A stretch of DNA of 64,000 nt from Octopus vulgaris (GCA_951406725.2 OX597823.1:64666001-64730000); one strand, 5' to 3'; positions 1-12,080 are shown, counted from the stretch's first letter. Numbers and translations: made by a program. The notes: generated by a model from the letters alone, not told the origin.

Positions 1-67
1 TAATGTTGGATGTATTACACTTAAGACAAAAACATAATGATCACAACTAAAAGGAATGTCTTTGATT

Positions 68-271
68 TTAACCCTTTCACATTCAGATTACTCTGTTGAA
101 TGTAATACTTATTTCTTCACATAGTTTTGAATTAATCATATATTATCTTGCAGCTTTGAGATTTTGATGGTGTGATTAATTATTTTTTAAAGTGGCATTG
201 TAGGGTATGTGTGAGGAGAGGTCATATCAGACCAGTTTGAACATAAAGTAAGTAGAATATCTGGGCCTCAT

Positions 272-331
<60 letters not shown>

Positions 332-1087
332 GTTGAATGTCTGCTTTCCATGCTAGCATGGGTTGGATGATTTTGACTGAGGGCTGGCGAACCAAATGGC
401 TGCACCAGGCTCAATTCTTGATCTGGCAGAGTTTCTACAGCTGGATGCCCTTCCTAATGCCAACTACTCCAAGAGTGTAGTGGGTGCTTTTTACGTGCCA
501 CTGGCACGGAGGCCAGTCAGGCGGTACTGGCAGCAACCTTGCTTGAATCTTTTTACACATGCCACCGGCAGAGGTGCCAATAAGGCGACACTGGTAACGA
601 ACACGTTCGAATGGTGCCTTTTACGTGCCACCAGCACTGAAGCCAGTTAGCCGCTCTGGCAACGATCATGCTCGGATGGTGCTCTTGGCACCCTACTAGC
701 ACAGGCACAAGTGCCAATAAGGCAATGCTAGTAACGATCACACTTAAATGGTGCCTTTTATGTGCCACTGGCATGGAAGCTGGTTAGCCACTCTGTTAAA
801 GATGGTGCTCTTTGCACCCCGCTAACACAGATGCCAGTCATCGAATTTGATTTTGATTTCACTTGCCTCAACAGGTCTTCGCAAGCAGAGTTTAGTGCCC
901 AAAGAAGGAAAAGGTATGCATAAGTGGGCTAGTTACGATCCTGGCATAAGCCACGAGGTTATGGTCTCATTTGGTTTGCCGGGTCTTCTCAAGCATATTT
1001 CCAAAAGTCTCGGTCACTAGTCATTTCCTTGGTGAGGCCTAACGTTCGAAGGTCGTGCTTCGGCTGATTTAAATACTAAAGGGCTAA
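68..1087. mobile_element. piggyBac-like MITE split by a nested insertion
   Basis: TTAA-CCCTTT at 68 and AAAGGG-CTAA at 1078-1087 (CCC..GGG ends, TTAA-like TSD); interrupted by the 271-1060 element. Confidence 0.55.
271..1060 (-). mobile_element. Non-autonomous retroelement with (GAT)n tail and internal ~60-66 bp repeats (probably RTE-mobilised)
   Basis: (CAT)n tract followed by CGTTGAATGTCTGCTTTCCATGCTAGCATGGGTTGG. Related copies at ~8100-8590(+), 18940-19330(+), 24190-24550(+), 28305-28870(-), 44470-44710(+). Confidence 0.7.
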
Positions 1088-1859
1088 ATATGTTCAGTTA
1101 TGGCAGTTATAAATTCTAAACAACAACAGCAACAGTGATAATGAGGACATTAATAACAACAACAAGAACGGTAGTAAAATAATATAGCTTCTTTGTGTTT
1201 TGGAAAAATAGAATTCCTTATTTTGTCAATATATCAATATTACATAACCACTCATGCCAGCCACTCTTGAAACAATAAACGACTACAGTAACAGCATTAC
1301 ATTCTCCTACAAGCATTTATTCAACTTAAAATATGTCATTAGATCCAACAAATTGTTTTATAGAACAATATCCACTTCAGATCTGATATTTATTTATTGA
1401 ATAAACACAAATATGTTATGAAGTAGAACATTTTTTGAATATTTTTTTCATATTTCGTATCTTGTTTTGTCTACATAAACTGAAAATAAGAATATAAAAT
1501 TCCTTCATTCAATGAAATGTTGTCTATAAAATGTCTATATATCAATTGTTATAGGTTTACATAAATATATAAATACATACATACATATACAAACACATAC
1601 ATACAGAAACATATGCACACACATATACATATATATATACAACTGAATCTTATATATACACACACATACATATATATATACATACATATATGTGTATATA
1701 TATATATATATATACATTTATATATACACATATACATACATATATATATGCACATATATACATATATATGTATGTATGTATATCTATACATAATATACCC
1801 GTGCTAGCGCAGAAAACGGACGTTAAACGATGACGATGACGACGACATACATACATACA

Positions 1860-1945
<86 letters not shown>

Positions 1946-2790
1946 TATAAATATGTCTGTATGTATGTATGTATTCTCTTTCTTTTCTTATATTACTGCT
2001 CTGGGAAAACCTGCAATCTTTCCAGTCTCTGAATCTATATGCAGAGTCTCTGAAAAATTCTGTTTTATGCCACAAATGCTGACACTTGGAGTAGTAATAA
2101 AATAGATATATTAGTAGTTTAATACACAACTGATTCCAGTCGATATAAATGAAATGAAGAAATGCTATATTTAAACAATCAATCCTAAACTTAGAGATCT
2201 ACATCTGAGGCAAATTCAATAAACCAAAGTTTGGATTTAGACATAAAGCTCGAAAAATAATTGGCAGAAATATTCTGTGTTGCTACATCTTTCTTTATGT
2301 GAATAGATGGATCTCCTGATGGTTGTTAGAGATGAACTAGTTATCTTTTAGAATAGGTTGTGTTAGACGACAACTAAGGTCAATATGAAACTGTCAAATA
2401 AATCAGATAATGCGTTAAGATATTTTAAGTACCTCATAAAATAATTTCCACGGGACCATGTATTATCCTTATCTACAGTTAGAACTTTTACTCAGATGAA
2501 CAAAAAAAAAAAAAGAAAAAAAAAGTTTTCTACAGTATTTTTTTTTAAAAACGAATTCTGTAAAATATTACAGTAAATCTAACCCACAAAAGATGTGGAA
2601 AGAGTTATTGTCCCTGCCAGTGTTTGAGTGATAGCAGTGTGTGATAAGAAGTTAGAAACTTGCTTCTCAACCATATGCTTTCAGGTTTGCTTCTCAGCCT
2701 CTTGGACCACATGGTCCAAGTGCCTGCTATAGCACCAGGCTGACCAAAGCCATGTGAGTGAATTTCTTTGATGGAAATTGAAAGAAGCCC

Positions 2791-2949
2791 AAGGAGTGGC
2801 TGTGTGGTAAGTAGCTTGCTAACCAACCACATGGTTCCGGATTCAGTCCCACTGCGTGGCATTTTGGGCAAGTGCCTTCTGCTATAGCCCCGGGCCGACC
2901 AATGCCTTGTGAGTGGATTTGGTAGACGGAAACTGAAAGAAGCCCGTCG

Positions 2950-2984
<35 letters not shown>

Positions 2985-3180
2985 ATGTGTCTGTGTTTGT
3001 TCCCCTAGCATTGCTTGACAACCGATGCTGGTGTGTTTACGTCCCCGTCACTTAGCGGTTCAGCAAAAGAGACCGATAGAATAAGTACTGGGCTTACAAA
3101 GAATAAGTCTCGGGATCGATTTGCTCGACTAAAAGGCGGTGCTCCAGCATGGCTGCAGTCAAATGACTGAAACAAGTAAA
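2791..3180 (+). mobile_element. tRNA-derived SINE, family B (internal microsatellite)
   Basis: A-box-like TGGCTGTGTGG, B-box-like GGATTCAGTCCC, conserved GTGAGTGGATTTGGTAGACGGAAACTGAAAGAAGCCCG, tail TGACTGAAACAAGTAAAA. Near-identical copies at 29277-29693(+), 34897-35305(+), 38706-39072(-), 39190-39650(-), 39650-40040(-), 60560-60950(-), 9150-9540(-). Confidence 0.85.
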
Positions 3181-3263
3181 AAAAAAAAAAAATACATAAA
3201 TACATACATATATATACAGGAGAGTATTGTAGCTCACTTCAAGCATTGTGTATTGTTTGTAAT

Positions 3264-3499
3264 GAATAAGAAGTTTTGAATGGTACAACAATGCACTATA
3301 ATACAAACAATGGGTGATATACCTGTTGTAATTTAGTCATCCATAGTCTGATGATACTTCGGGATAAAATTCCTTCTTCAGATATTCTTAGATGGAGTCA
3401 GCGACTCCATCTAAGAATATGGACGACTAAATTACAACAGGTATATAGCCCATTGTTTGTATTGCAGTGCATTGTTGTACAATTCAAAACTTTTTATTC
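3264..3499. repeat. Long inverted repeat (~82 bp arms) with an inner perfect 18-bp hairpin
   Basis: 3264-3345 is an imperfect reverse complement of 3418-3499. The inner ATATTCTTAGATGGAGTC-AGC-GACTCCATCTAAGAATAT lies at 3382-3420. Confidence 0.9.
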
Positions 3500-3738
3500 T
3501 ATACATACACACATACATATATATATATATATATACACATACACACATACATATATACATACATACATACATACACACATGCACACACACGCACACACAC
3601 ACACACAGACACACACACACACACATATATATGAAGTGATTAAGGTGGCTAGACACAATTTAAGACCAAAAAGGAAACATTTAACTGTCACAAAAGTGAC
3701 TAAAGGTGTAGGGTAGCACCAACATTGCAAGAAACAAG

Positions 3739-3789
<51 letters not shown>

Positions 3790-3942
3790 AAGTGTGTATG
3801 TGCACATATCTTTGTGTCTGCATATGTTCCCCATCACCACTTGACTACTGGTGTTGGTGTGTTTATGCTCCTGTAAATTAGCAGTTCAACAAAAGAAATC
3901 GATAGAATAAGTAAATGGCTTAAGAAAAACAAATATATACAT

Positions 3943-4260
3943 CTCGTCTGCGACCTGTGGACGCCGTGCATCTACCGGCCTGACGGGAAACGGCTCGCGA
4001 CGACGGATCGGAGGGGAAGTGCGTCCGATGCCGGCACCCTGGAAATCGAATGCCGACGAGGCGGCAGACGACTGCCCGCGGAACAAGCGGCCGCCACCGG
4101 CACGTTCGTCGACGACGATGGCGCCTCGGCGGAAAGCAGCGGACTGGTTCCCATCGCGATCGCGGTGAGCGGTCCTACCCGTTTGAAAAAGTTCCGTGCT
4201 AACGGCGGTCGAGCACGGGTCAGTCGGTCCTAAGAAGCGGGCGAAAGCTTCCATGAAACG
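3943..4260 (+). pseudogene. Dispersed 28S rRNA fragment (pseudogene)
   Basis: Abrupt GC- and CpG-rich island. CTACCCGTTTGAAA resembles conserved 28S CGACCCGTCTTGAAAC. GTTCCGTGCTAACGGCGGTCGAGCACGGGTCAGTCGGTCCTAAG resembles 28S GTTCCATGTGAACAGCAGTTGAACATGGGTCAGTCGGTCCTAAG, with stem pairing retained. Confidence 0.8.
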
Positions 4261-4619
4261 CATGTGTATGTGAGCGCATGTATGTGTGTATGTGCCTATG
4301 TGCTTCTTTATATTTATGCTTCTACAAACATTGTGAGTTACATGCACTGTCGCTGACATTTCTCCCCTCAACAAATCATCACTGGATTTTGAAGATGTGT
4401 AAGGAGATACCTTACTTGAAAAGCAAGTAAGGGTTAGTGACAGGAAGGGCATCCAGCTGTGAAACCACACCTTGAAAATATATATGTCTAACTCATACTG
4501 GCAAAGGAAAAAGAAACCCAGAACAGTTACACAGTGGATGAATGAATGAATGAATAAATTTTTGGGCCCACTTTTTTTAATCCTCACATCAACCCTTTCC
4601 CCACCCCATGAGAATCACT

Positions 4620-4860
4620 GGGTTAATCAACCCCTGCAAAGAATAGAATTGAATTAATTAGCAAATACATTTCAAATAACATTAATGACTTAATTAGAAA
4701 AGTCACGAACTTCACTCAATGGAATAACACTAACATTTTAATTAGCTTCGTTAATAATATTAGTAATGAAAGTGATTGCAAATTTACTTAATTCTACATT
4801 GTTGAATTATATCGATCTTTCTTCTAATCATTGCTCACCAATCAATTAAGCTTTGCGAAG
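4620..4860 (+). mobile_element. Degenerate Penelope-like element, RT N-terminal fragment
   Basis: Frameshifted translation LINP/AKNRIELISKYISNNINDLIRKVTNFTQWNNT...CKFT*FYIVELYRS matches the PLE pattern RLINPAK..QW.NT..F..FDI..FYPS. Confidence 0.7.
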
Positions 4861-5099
4861 GTATGCTGCAGCATTAATGACAATTTTTGCAATCCATTAA
4901 TCTCTTACCTTATCTACTCTAACACTGGTACCACAATAAAATGCTTCCATTACACTTTGGTAAATGTATGGTTGTGAGAATCCTTTGGTTTTGTCGAAGA
5001 CATAGCATCCTCTTTTAGTGCCAAAGGTATGGTAAAAACGCACACAGTACACATTATAAATTGGTTGGTGTTAGAAAAGACATCCAGCCATAGAAACAA

Positions 5100-5300
5100 T
5101 AGAGGGGACAAACAAGGACAGACAAAGGGATTAAGTCGATTACATCGAGCCCAGTGCGTAACTGGTACTTAATTTATTGACCCTGAAGGGATGAAAGGCA
5201 AATTCGACCTCGGCGGAATTTGAACTCAGAACGTAACGGCAGATGAAATACCGCTAAGCATTTCGTCCAGCATGCTAATGTTTCTGCCAGCTCACCACCT
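5100..5300 (-). mobile_element. tRNA-derived SINE, family A
   Basis: Minus strand reads GGTGAGCTGGCAGAAACATTAGC...GAGTTCAAATTCC (B box)...GCCTTTCATCCCTTCAGGGTCAATAAATTAAGTACCAG. Copies at ~7195-7410, 16170-16355, 16835-17048, 20045-20260, 21460-21680, 27650-28303 (x3), 28870-29088 (all -) and 44219-44410, 63855-64000 (+). Confidence 0.85.
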
Positions 5301-5528
5301 TTTACTTGTTTCTGTCATCTTTTACTTGTTTCTGTCATTAGAGTACAGTCATGCTGGAGCACCGCCTTGAGAAATTTTAGTTGAACTAATTGACCATACT
5401 ATGCATTTACTATTGAAGCCTAGTACTTATTCTATCAGTCTCTTTTGCTAAGTTATGGGGATGTAAACACACCAACACCAGTTGTCGAGCAGTGGTGAGG
5501 GACAAACAAACACAAAGACACACACACA

Positions 5529-5747
5529 TAAGGGGAGTGCTGAAAAGTTCCTGGCTTTGAGTAAAAGAAAATACAGAAGGATCAGTTAATTATGATTTTA
5601 TTCAAGATATTCCCCTCTCAGATTCACACACATATTGCAGTGGTCCTTCAGTTTTTCAAAGCTTGGTAAAAAAAACTCAGAGGTTGGGCCTCCAACCAGG
5701 CCTTTAGCGATACCTTTAAAGCTAAGAACTTTTCGGCACCTCCTTGT
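5529..5747 (-). mobile_element. Mariner-derived MITE
   Basis: TIRs GTGCTGAAAAGTTCCTGGCTTT / AAAGCTAAGAACTTTTCGGCAC; retains a mariner-like C-terminus (CVNLRGEYLE*) on minus. Second copy at ~47971-48185. Confidence 0.75.
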
Positions 5748-5765
5748 GTGTGTGTATGTGTATAT

Positions 5766-5816
<51 letters not shown>

Positions 5817-5862
5817 CGTGCGTGCATGTGTGTGTGTGTGTATGACAATTTCTTTCAGTTTC

Positions 5863-6905
5863 TGTTGTGGAGGACACCTCTGAATGAGAGAAGTGGGCTG
5901 TTCCACTACAAATAAATAATGGACAGACACAATGAGTGGTGCCAGTCAGTGAGGTATTTTTGTTAGTGTTAAATCATTTTTGATTCTGGTTGACATAAAT
6001 CATGTTATACTTTGTTGTATCTTTGTTACAGGTTCTCTCCACATGGGTGAACCATGTTTTGTTGAAATTGTTAGATACCATTGCTGTTTTTGCCTGCAGG
6101 CCTGTTAAATTTTGTGTTTGTCTTCTTCCCCATTTTGGGGCGAAGTAACTGAAAAAGGAAAAAATGGAGTGTGAACCAGTTACAGCACATGCTGGGAGTT
6201 ATGCTTCAGTGGCTAGGAAAGGTGCAGATTCACTAGAAATGTGAGAAATAAAAATTGAACGGAAGAAGCTGAAGGAACACTTACAGGCTAATTCAGATGG
6301 AGGGATCCAGTTTAAGGCTGACCCCTCCAGAAGAAGTGACAATCAGTACGAAGAAAAGAACAGTGGTTTACAGAACTCTATCAACAATGACCAAGAAAAT
6401 AGAGAAAGCTGCAAAAACAGTTATTGAAGAATGTCTGAAGGAAATCAAGAACCTGACAACATTCTATACAAGAGGCAGAAATTATGGTACAGTGGAGGTG
6501 AGATTTGCCAGTGAACAGGAGTCAATAAATCACTTCACTGTGACTCTGAAGGATTTCAGTCAGGTCGCTCATATGTTCATAGAGCTACTGGTAAGAATGT
6601 TGAGCTAGTACTACCTGGGGCATTCTGGAGAAAAATATTCTATGTGGAAGAAAGAGAAATAAGAAGATTTTGTTGTAATACATATTTGAAAAAAAAAAAA
6701 TTCTGTATGTGTGGAAGAAAAAGAAATGGAATATAAAAAAAAATTTAGTAATAATGATGTGTGAGAGAAGTGGGCTGTTTCACCATAAATAATGGACAGA
6801 CACAAATGGTGTCAGTCGACGAGGTATGCCGTTCGGGCCAGTCACGAAGATGACAAAGTATATCATTATAATGTAGGACATATCAATATTGAGCTAGACG
6901 CAACA
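5863..6905 (+). mobile_element. TGTTG...CAACA-bounded element with 5-bp TSD and degenerate gag/ORF1-like coding remnant
   Basis: GTTTC at both 5858-5862 and 6906-6910; removing the insert restores the host SINE. Internal ~70 bp direct repeats at ~5885-5956 and ~6762-6827. MECEPVTAHAGSYASVARKG precedes ORF 6297-6608. Confidence 0.7.
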
Positions 6906-7602
6906 GTTTCCATTTACCAAATCCCCTCACAAGGCTTTGGTTGGTCCGAGGCTATAATATGAGATGCTTGACCAATGTGTCACACAATGGGACTGAACCT
7001 AAAACCATGTGGGTGAGAAGCAAATTTCTTACTTGACAGAAAAAAATTTGTTGTTTGATTAAAAAAATTCTGCGATACAAATAAGAAGAAAAGCAGACTT
7101 ATCCGTTCATTTGATGTCAGTATGGGACTTTTGCGTAGGATGGATATTTATGACCTTGACAGTCTCTTTATCCTAAGCAGAAAGCTGTAAGAATATTCTT
7201 TTCTACTCTAAGCACAAGGCTTGAAATGTTGGGGGAGGGGGGGCAGTCAATTAGATCAACCCCAGTACATAACTGGTACTTAATTTATCGACCCTGAAAG
7301 GATGAAAGGCAAAGTTGACCTTGGTGGAATTTGAACTCAGAATGTAAAGGCAGATGAAATATGGTTAAGCATTTCACCCGGCTTGCTAATGTTTCTGCCA
7401 GCTCACTGCCCTGAGAGCTGTGATAATAATAATAATAATGCAATAGAAAGATAGGGATATGGCTCTGTGGTAAGAAGTTTGCTTTCCTACTGCATGAATC
7501 TGGTTTCAGTCCCACTGCAGAGCATCTTGTGCAAGTGTCTTATGCAACACATACACAGACACATGCATGTGTGCACATGCATGTACACACATACGCACAT
7601 GC

Positions 7603-7644
<42 letters not shown>

Positions 7645-8607
7645 ACAGATGTGATCTGTCAACTAGTTGAAACACAGTAATATCTCCTTCAAATATCATG
7701 CTATGATTTGAGAAATATTTACTGAAAGGACCTTGCCATGATTTGATCTTGGGACATAGATGGTTATAGCTAAATACTTCTATGTAATATTTTTGAAAAT
7801 CAACTGATTCTGCCATCCATGTACCACTATGGTAGACAGCTTGCTGCTGTTTTTGTTTTTTATATATCTAATGATCTTTCAACGGAAAATATATCATCAT
7901 CATCATCATCATCATCTGACATTTATTTTCCTTGCTGGCATGGGTTACATGGGGTAAGACACTTGCTTTCTAACCACATGGTTCAATGTTCAGTCCCACT
8001 GTGTGGCACCTTGAGCAAGTGGCTTCTACTGTAGCCTCAGGCTGACCAAAGCCTTTTGAGTGGATTTAGTAAGTAGAAACTGAAAGAAGACCTTCGAACT
8101 TTGGGCCTCACGGAGGCAATGACAAGTGACCAAGACCTTTGGAGATATACTGTGCTTGAGAAGACCTAGCAAGCCAAGTGAAACCATAGCCGTGGTTTAT
8201 GCCAGTGTTGCATAACCGGCCCACTGGACAGTAGACTATGCTTGAGAAGACCTGTTGAGTAAGTGAAATCATTGTCATGGCTGATGCCAATAGAGCATGA
8301 CTGGCACCTGTGCCAGTGGCATGTGAAAAGCACCATCTTGAGCATGGTTGATGCCAGTCCCTCTGGACTTGCTCCTGTGCTGGTGGCATGTAAAAATTAC
8401 CATCCAAGAATGGTCGATGCCAGTCCCTCCAAACTGGCTCCTGTGCCAGTGGCATGTAAAATGCACCATTCGAGCATGGTCGATGCCAGTACCGCCTGGC
8501 TGGCCCTCTGACTTGCCAATCGTCAGTCAAACTGTCCAAACTATACCAGCATGGAAGGTGGATGTTAAACAATGAATGATGGTGATGATGATGAGATATA
8601 TATATAT

Positions 8608-8640
<33 letters not shown>

Positions 8641-8646
<6 letters not shown>

Positions 8647-8904
8647 TTAATGAAGAGGAAAAACAATGAATCAAGACAGGATTATGGCATTTAAATTCAT
8701 TTGGCTTAGTTTGATTTAATCTAAGAGAGTTAATGCTAATGCAATGTAGGTAGAACTAACTCTACCTGGAGAATGCAATGTCTGTAGAGTTAATTTTGTG
8801 TCGCATTAGCATTAACTCTCTTAAATTAAATTAAACTGAACCAAATGAATTTAAATGCCATGGTCCTGCCTTGATTAATTGTTTTTCCTCTTCTTTCACT
8901 TATA
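8641..8904. repeat. Long inverted repeat (~102 bp arms, ~60 nt spacer)
   Basis: 8641-8742 versus the reverse complement of 8803-8904 differ at about 10 positions; the spacer also pairs (AACTCTAC/GTAGAGTT). Confidence 0.92.
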
Positions 8905-9076
8905 CCTAATGACTCAAAAGTAAGCTACTGATTGCTGGTTCTCTCTCAAGTGGACATTTGTGCACAACCACAACTCTGGCCCCTGAATGAACTGAGATCT
9001 CAGTAGCTTATGAGTTGGAGCATTCAGAGTGCAGAACTATTACTTCAGGCTACTTTGACCTAAACTCTTCATCTTC

Positions 9077-9145
<69 letters not shown>

Positions 9146-9682
9146 ATTTTATTCTTTTACCTGTTTCAGTCATTGGACTGCGGCCATGCTGGAACACCAC
9201 TATCTTTAGTGGAGAAAATCGACCCCAGGACTTATTCTTTGTAAGCCTAGTACTTATTCTATCAATCTCTTTTTGCCAAACCATTAAGTTACGGGGTTGT
9301 AAACACACCAGCATCGGTTGTCAAGTGATGGTGGGGGACACACATACACACACATACACCCACATATATATATATGTATGTGTGTGTATATATATATATA
9401 TGACAGGCTTCTTTCAGTTTCCATCTACTGAATCCACTCACAAGGCTATAGTAGAAGCCACTTGCCCGAGGTGCCATGCAGTGCTCAAGGTGCCATGCAG
9501 TGGGACTGAACCTGGAACCTTGTTGGTTGGTAAGCAAGCTGCAGAGAATCCAACTAAGGGACATAACTAATCTAATCCTCTGCTCCTTTTTCATTCCACT
9601 ATCTTTTTCACAGCAATCACAAACTGGATGTGTCCTTTTACCTCCGACAATACAGAGCAGCCACCATATTCTTTTCCAGAGA

Positions 9683-9774
9683 AGCTAACTCTGATGAGCA
9701 TAAGGTTATATAACCGGATTGTTACCTAACACTCTGTTGTATTCATAGTGCAAAACCGATTGGTAAGATCAGCT
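9683..9774 (+). ncRNA. Degenerate type I hammerhead ribozyme-like motif
   Basis: AGCTAACT-CTGATGA-GCA...TGC-AAAA-CC-GATT-GG-TA-AGATCAGCT; the GAAA core is altered to AAAA. Confidence 0.45.
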
Positions 9775-10051
9775 GTGATGGATATATATATATTGTACAT
9801 TTCAGATAATATATGTGTGTGTGTATGTGTGCATGTGTGTGTGTGAGTGTATGTGTTTGTCCCACCATCACTGCTTAACAAGGTGTTGGTGTGTTTATGT
9901 CCCTGTAACTTTGCAACTTGGCAAAAGAGACTGATAAAATAAGTAAGTACCAGGCTTAAAAAGAAAGTACTGGGGTTGATACATCTGGCTAAAATTTCTT
10001 CAAGGCTGTATTCCAGTATGACTGCAGTCTAATGACTGAGACAAGTAATTG

Positions 10052-10101
<50 letters not shown>

Positions 10102-11614
10102 ACACACATATATATATATATTTGAAAGTCTATGAGAATTATTTATTGAAGTGTAATGGTGTTTTTTAAAAAGAATATTATGAAATCTTTTATGGGGATG
10201 TTACTAATCTATTTTGGGAAGAAGCTTTTTTCTAGTGTGTGAGGGCTTTCGTTTAACCTTATCAAACACACACATAAATATATGGCTGGGTACTCCCTTG
10301 GTTGTGATGATGAGTGTTCCAGCTGGTTTAATCAAAGGGACATCCTGCTCATGAAATTAATAGGCACATGGCTGGGCACTCTATTGACATGTGCACCGCT
10401 AACGTAGTTCTCACGGAGATTCAGTGTGACACTCTGAATGTGACAATTGGCCCTTTGAATTCTGCCAGCTGAGTGAACTGGAGTAGTGTGAAACAAAACT
10501 GCATCCTTCAAAACTTCCATGCTTCCTGAGATTTGCCAACACTACACCTGACTTTCTCCCCTCCATACACACACAAGCATGTATCTGACTCATACACTGT
10601 TCACTTTCCAGACATTTGTACGTTACTGCATATGCTTTATACACACTTTTGACAAGCTGTGGTGCACCTGAGCACTGTATACAATAATTTCATTATTATT
10701 ATTATTTATTATTTAAACGTCTTGCTCAAAGACAGAAGCCACCCCCAGGAATTGAGCTTATAACCCTATGATAATTAACTGAATACTCTATCCACTAAGG
10801 TATGTAAGAGTATAGAAAATTAAAGAGAAAAAGAAATCAATACTAAAAAATACAAGAGAAAAACAAAAATAAACTATCTACAAATAAGAAGCTGTACATA
10901 ACTCTTTACTAACCTGATTTAACTATAAGACAATGAAATGCTCACATTGGAAATGTTGGAGAGCAGGCATGGTAAAATGCATTGGTTGGATTAAAGTTGT
11001 TTACATAATTACTTCAAAATACTGAAGAACCAGATGGAATTGGTGTCTCGGCATCTCGCTACCTTGGTGCCAAGGTGCCTTGCTGCTATGCTGCTCTGCT
11101 GATTTGCTGCCGGCAGAATGAATTATTCTGTTATTAAATGGTGTGCCTGGACATTCTTAACTGGAGAGACAAGTCTCATGTTGCGTATTTCCAATGGCAA
11201 TAACTTCCCCACCACTCATCAAAATTCTGTTAGGATGGAAGTTAGCAAAACATGTAGACAAGTAGTAGTAGTAGTAGTGGTGGTTGTGATGGTGGTGGTG
11301 GTGGTGGTGGTGGTGGTGGTAGTAGTAGTAGTAGCAGTAGTAGCTGGTATTGGCTCATCGTTTTGAAATACAGCAGAGATAATGTCTCTCTCACAACTAG
11401 CTCTCTTATTTTTCTGTCTGCTTTTCTTTCTCTCTCTAACCCTCTCTGTATTTGCACACACACACACACCCACACACACGCACACATTCATATGTGTGTG
11501 CGTGTGTGAATGTATGTGTGAGTGTGTATCTCTCTATCTATCTATTTATCTATCTATCTATTTATCTATCTATCAATCTATCTCTATATATTTATATATA
11601 TTTATATATATTTT

Positions 11615-11659
<45 letters not shown>

Positions 11660-12080
11660 ACATATATGTGTGTGTGTGTGTATGTGTATATAAAGAGAGA
11701 CAGACAGACAGACAGAGAAGGAGGGAGAGAGACGGAGATAGAGGACCGATCACACATTCCCTTATTAACTCAAGCCACTCTAACCTAACATATAAATAGC
11801 AACCAAATTGCCCTCCAATTAAACCATACCATTTTCAACACGGACACATTGGACAATATATAAGAAAAGATGAGACATAACATACATAATACATACATAT
11901 ATGTGTGGGCGTGTGTGTGTGTTTGTATGTGCACACATGTATGTATGTATGTGTGGATGCATATATCTTACAGAAGCTAATGGAAAACTGCCTCCAGGCT
12001 AGTGTTTTTGATTTTATATATATATAGTTCAAAGAGAACAGCTCTGATATAGGAGAAATAAGGTAACAAATATTTATATG

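Noticed and set aside
2791-2860. tRNA gene
   Set aside because: A/B-box-like motifs belong to SINE heads; no complete cloverleaf.
3886-4587. 233-aa minus-strand ORF
   Set aside because: Antisense read-through of the GC-rich 28S fragment plus flanking repeats; no protein motifs.
8290-8500. Repeated ~66-bp units resembling a CRISPR array
   Set aside because: Tandem subrepeats inside a dispersed retroelement; no unique spacers, no cas genes, eukaryotic context.
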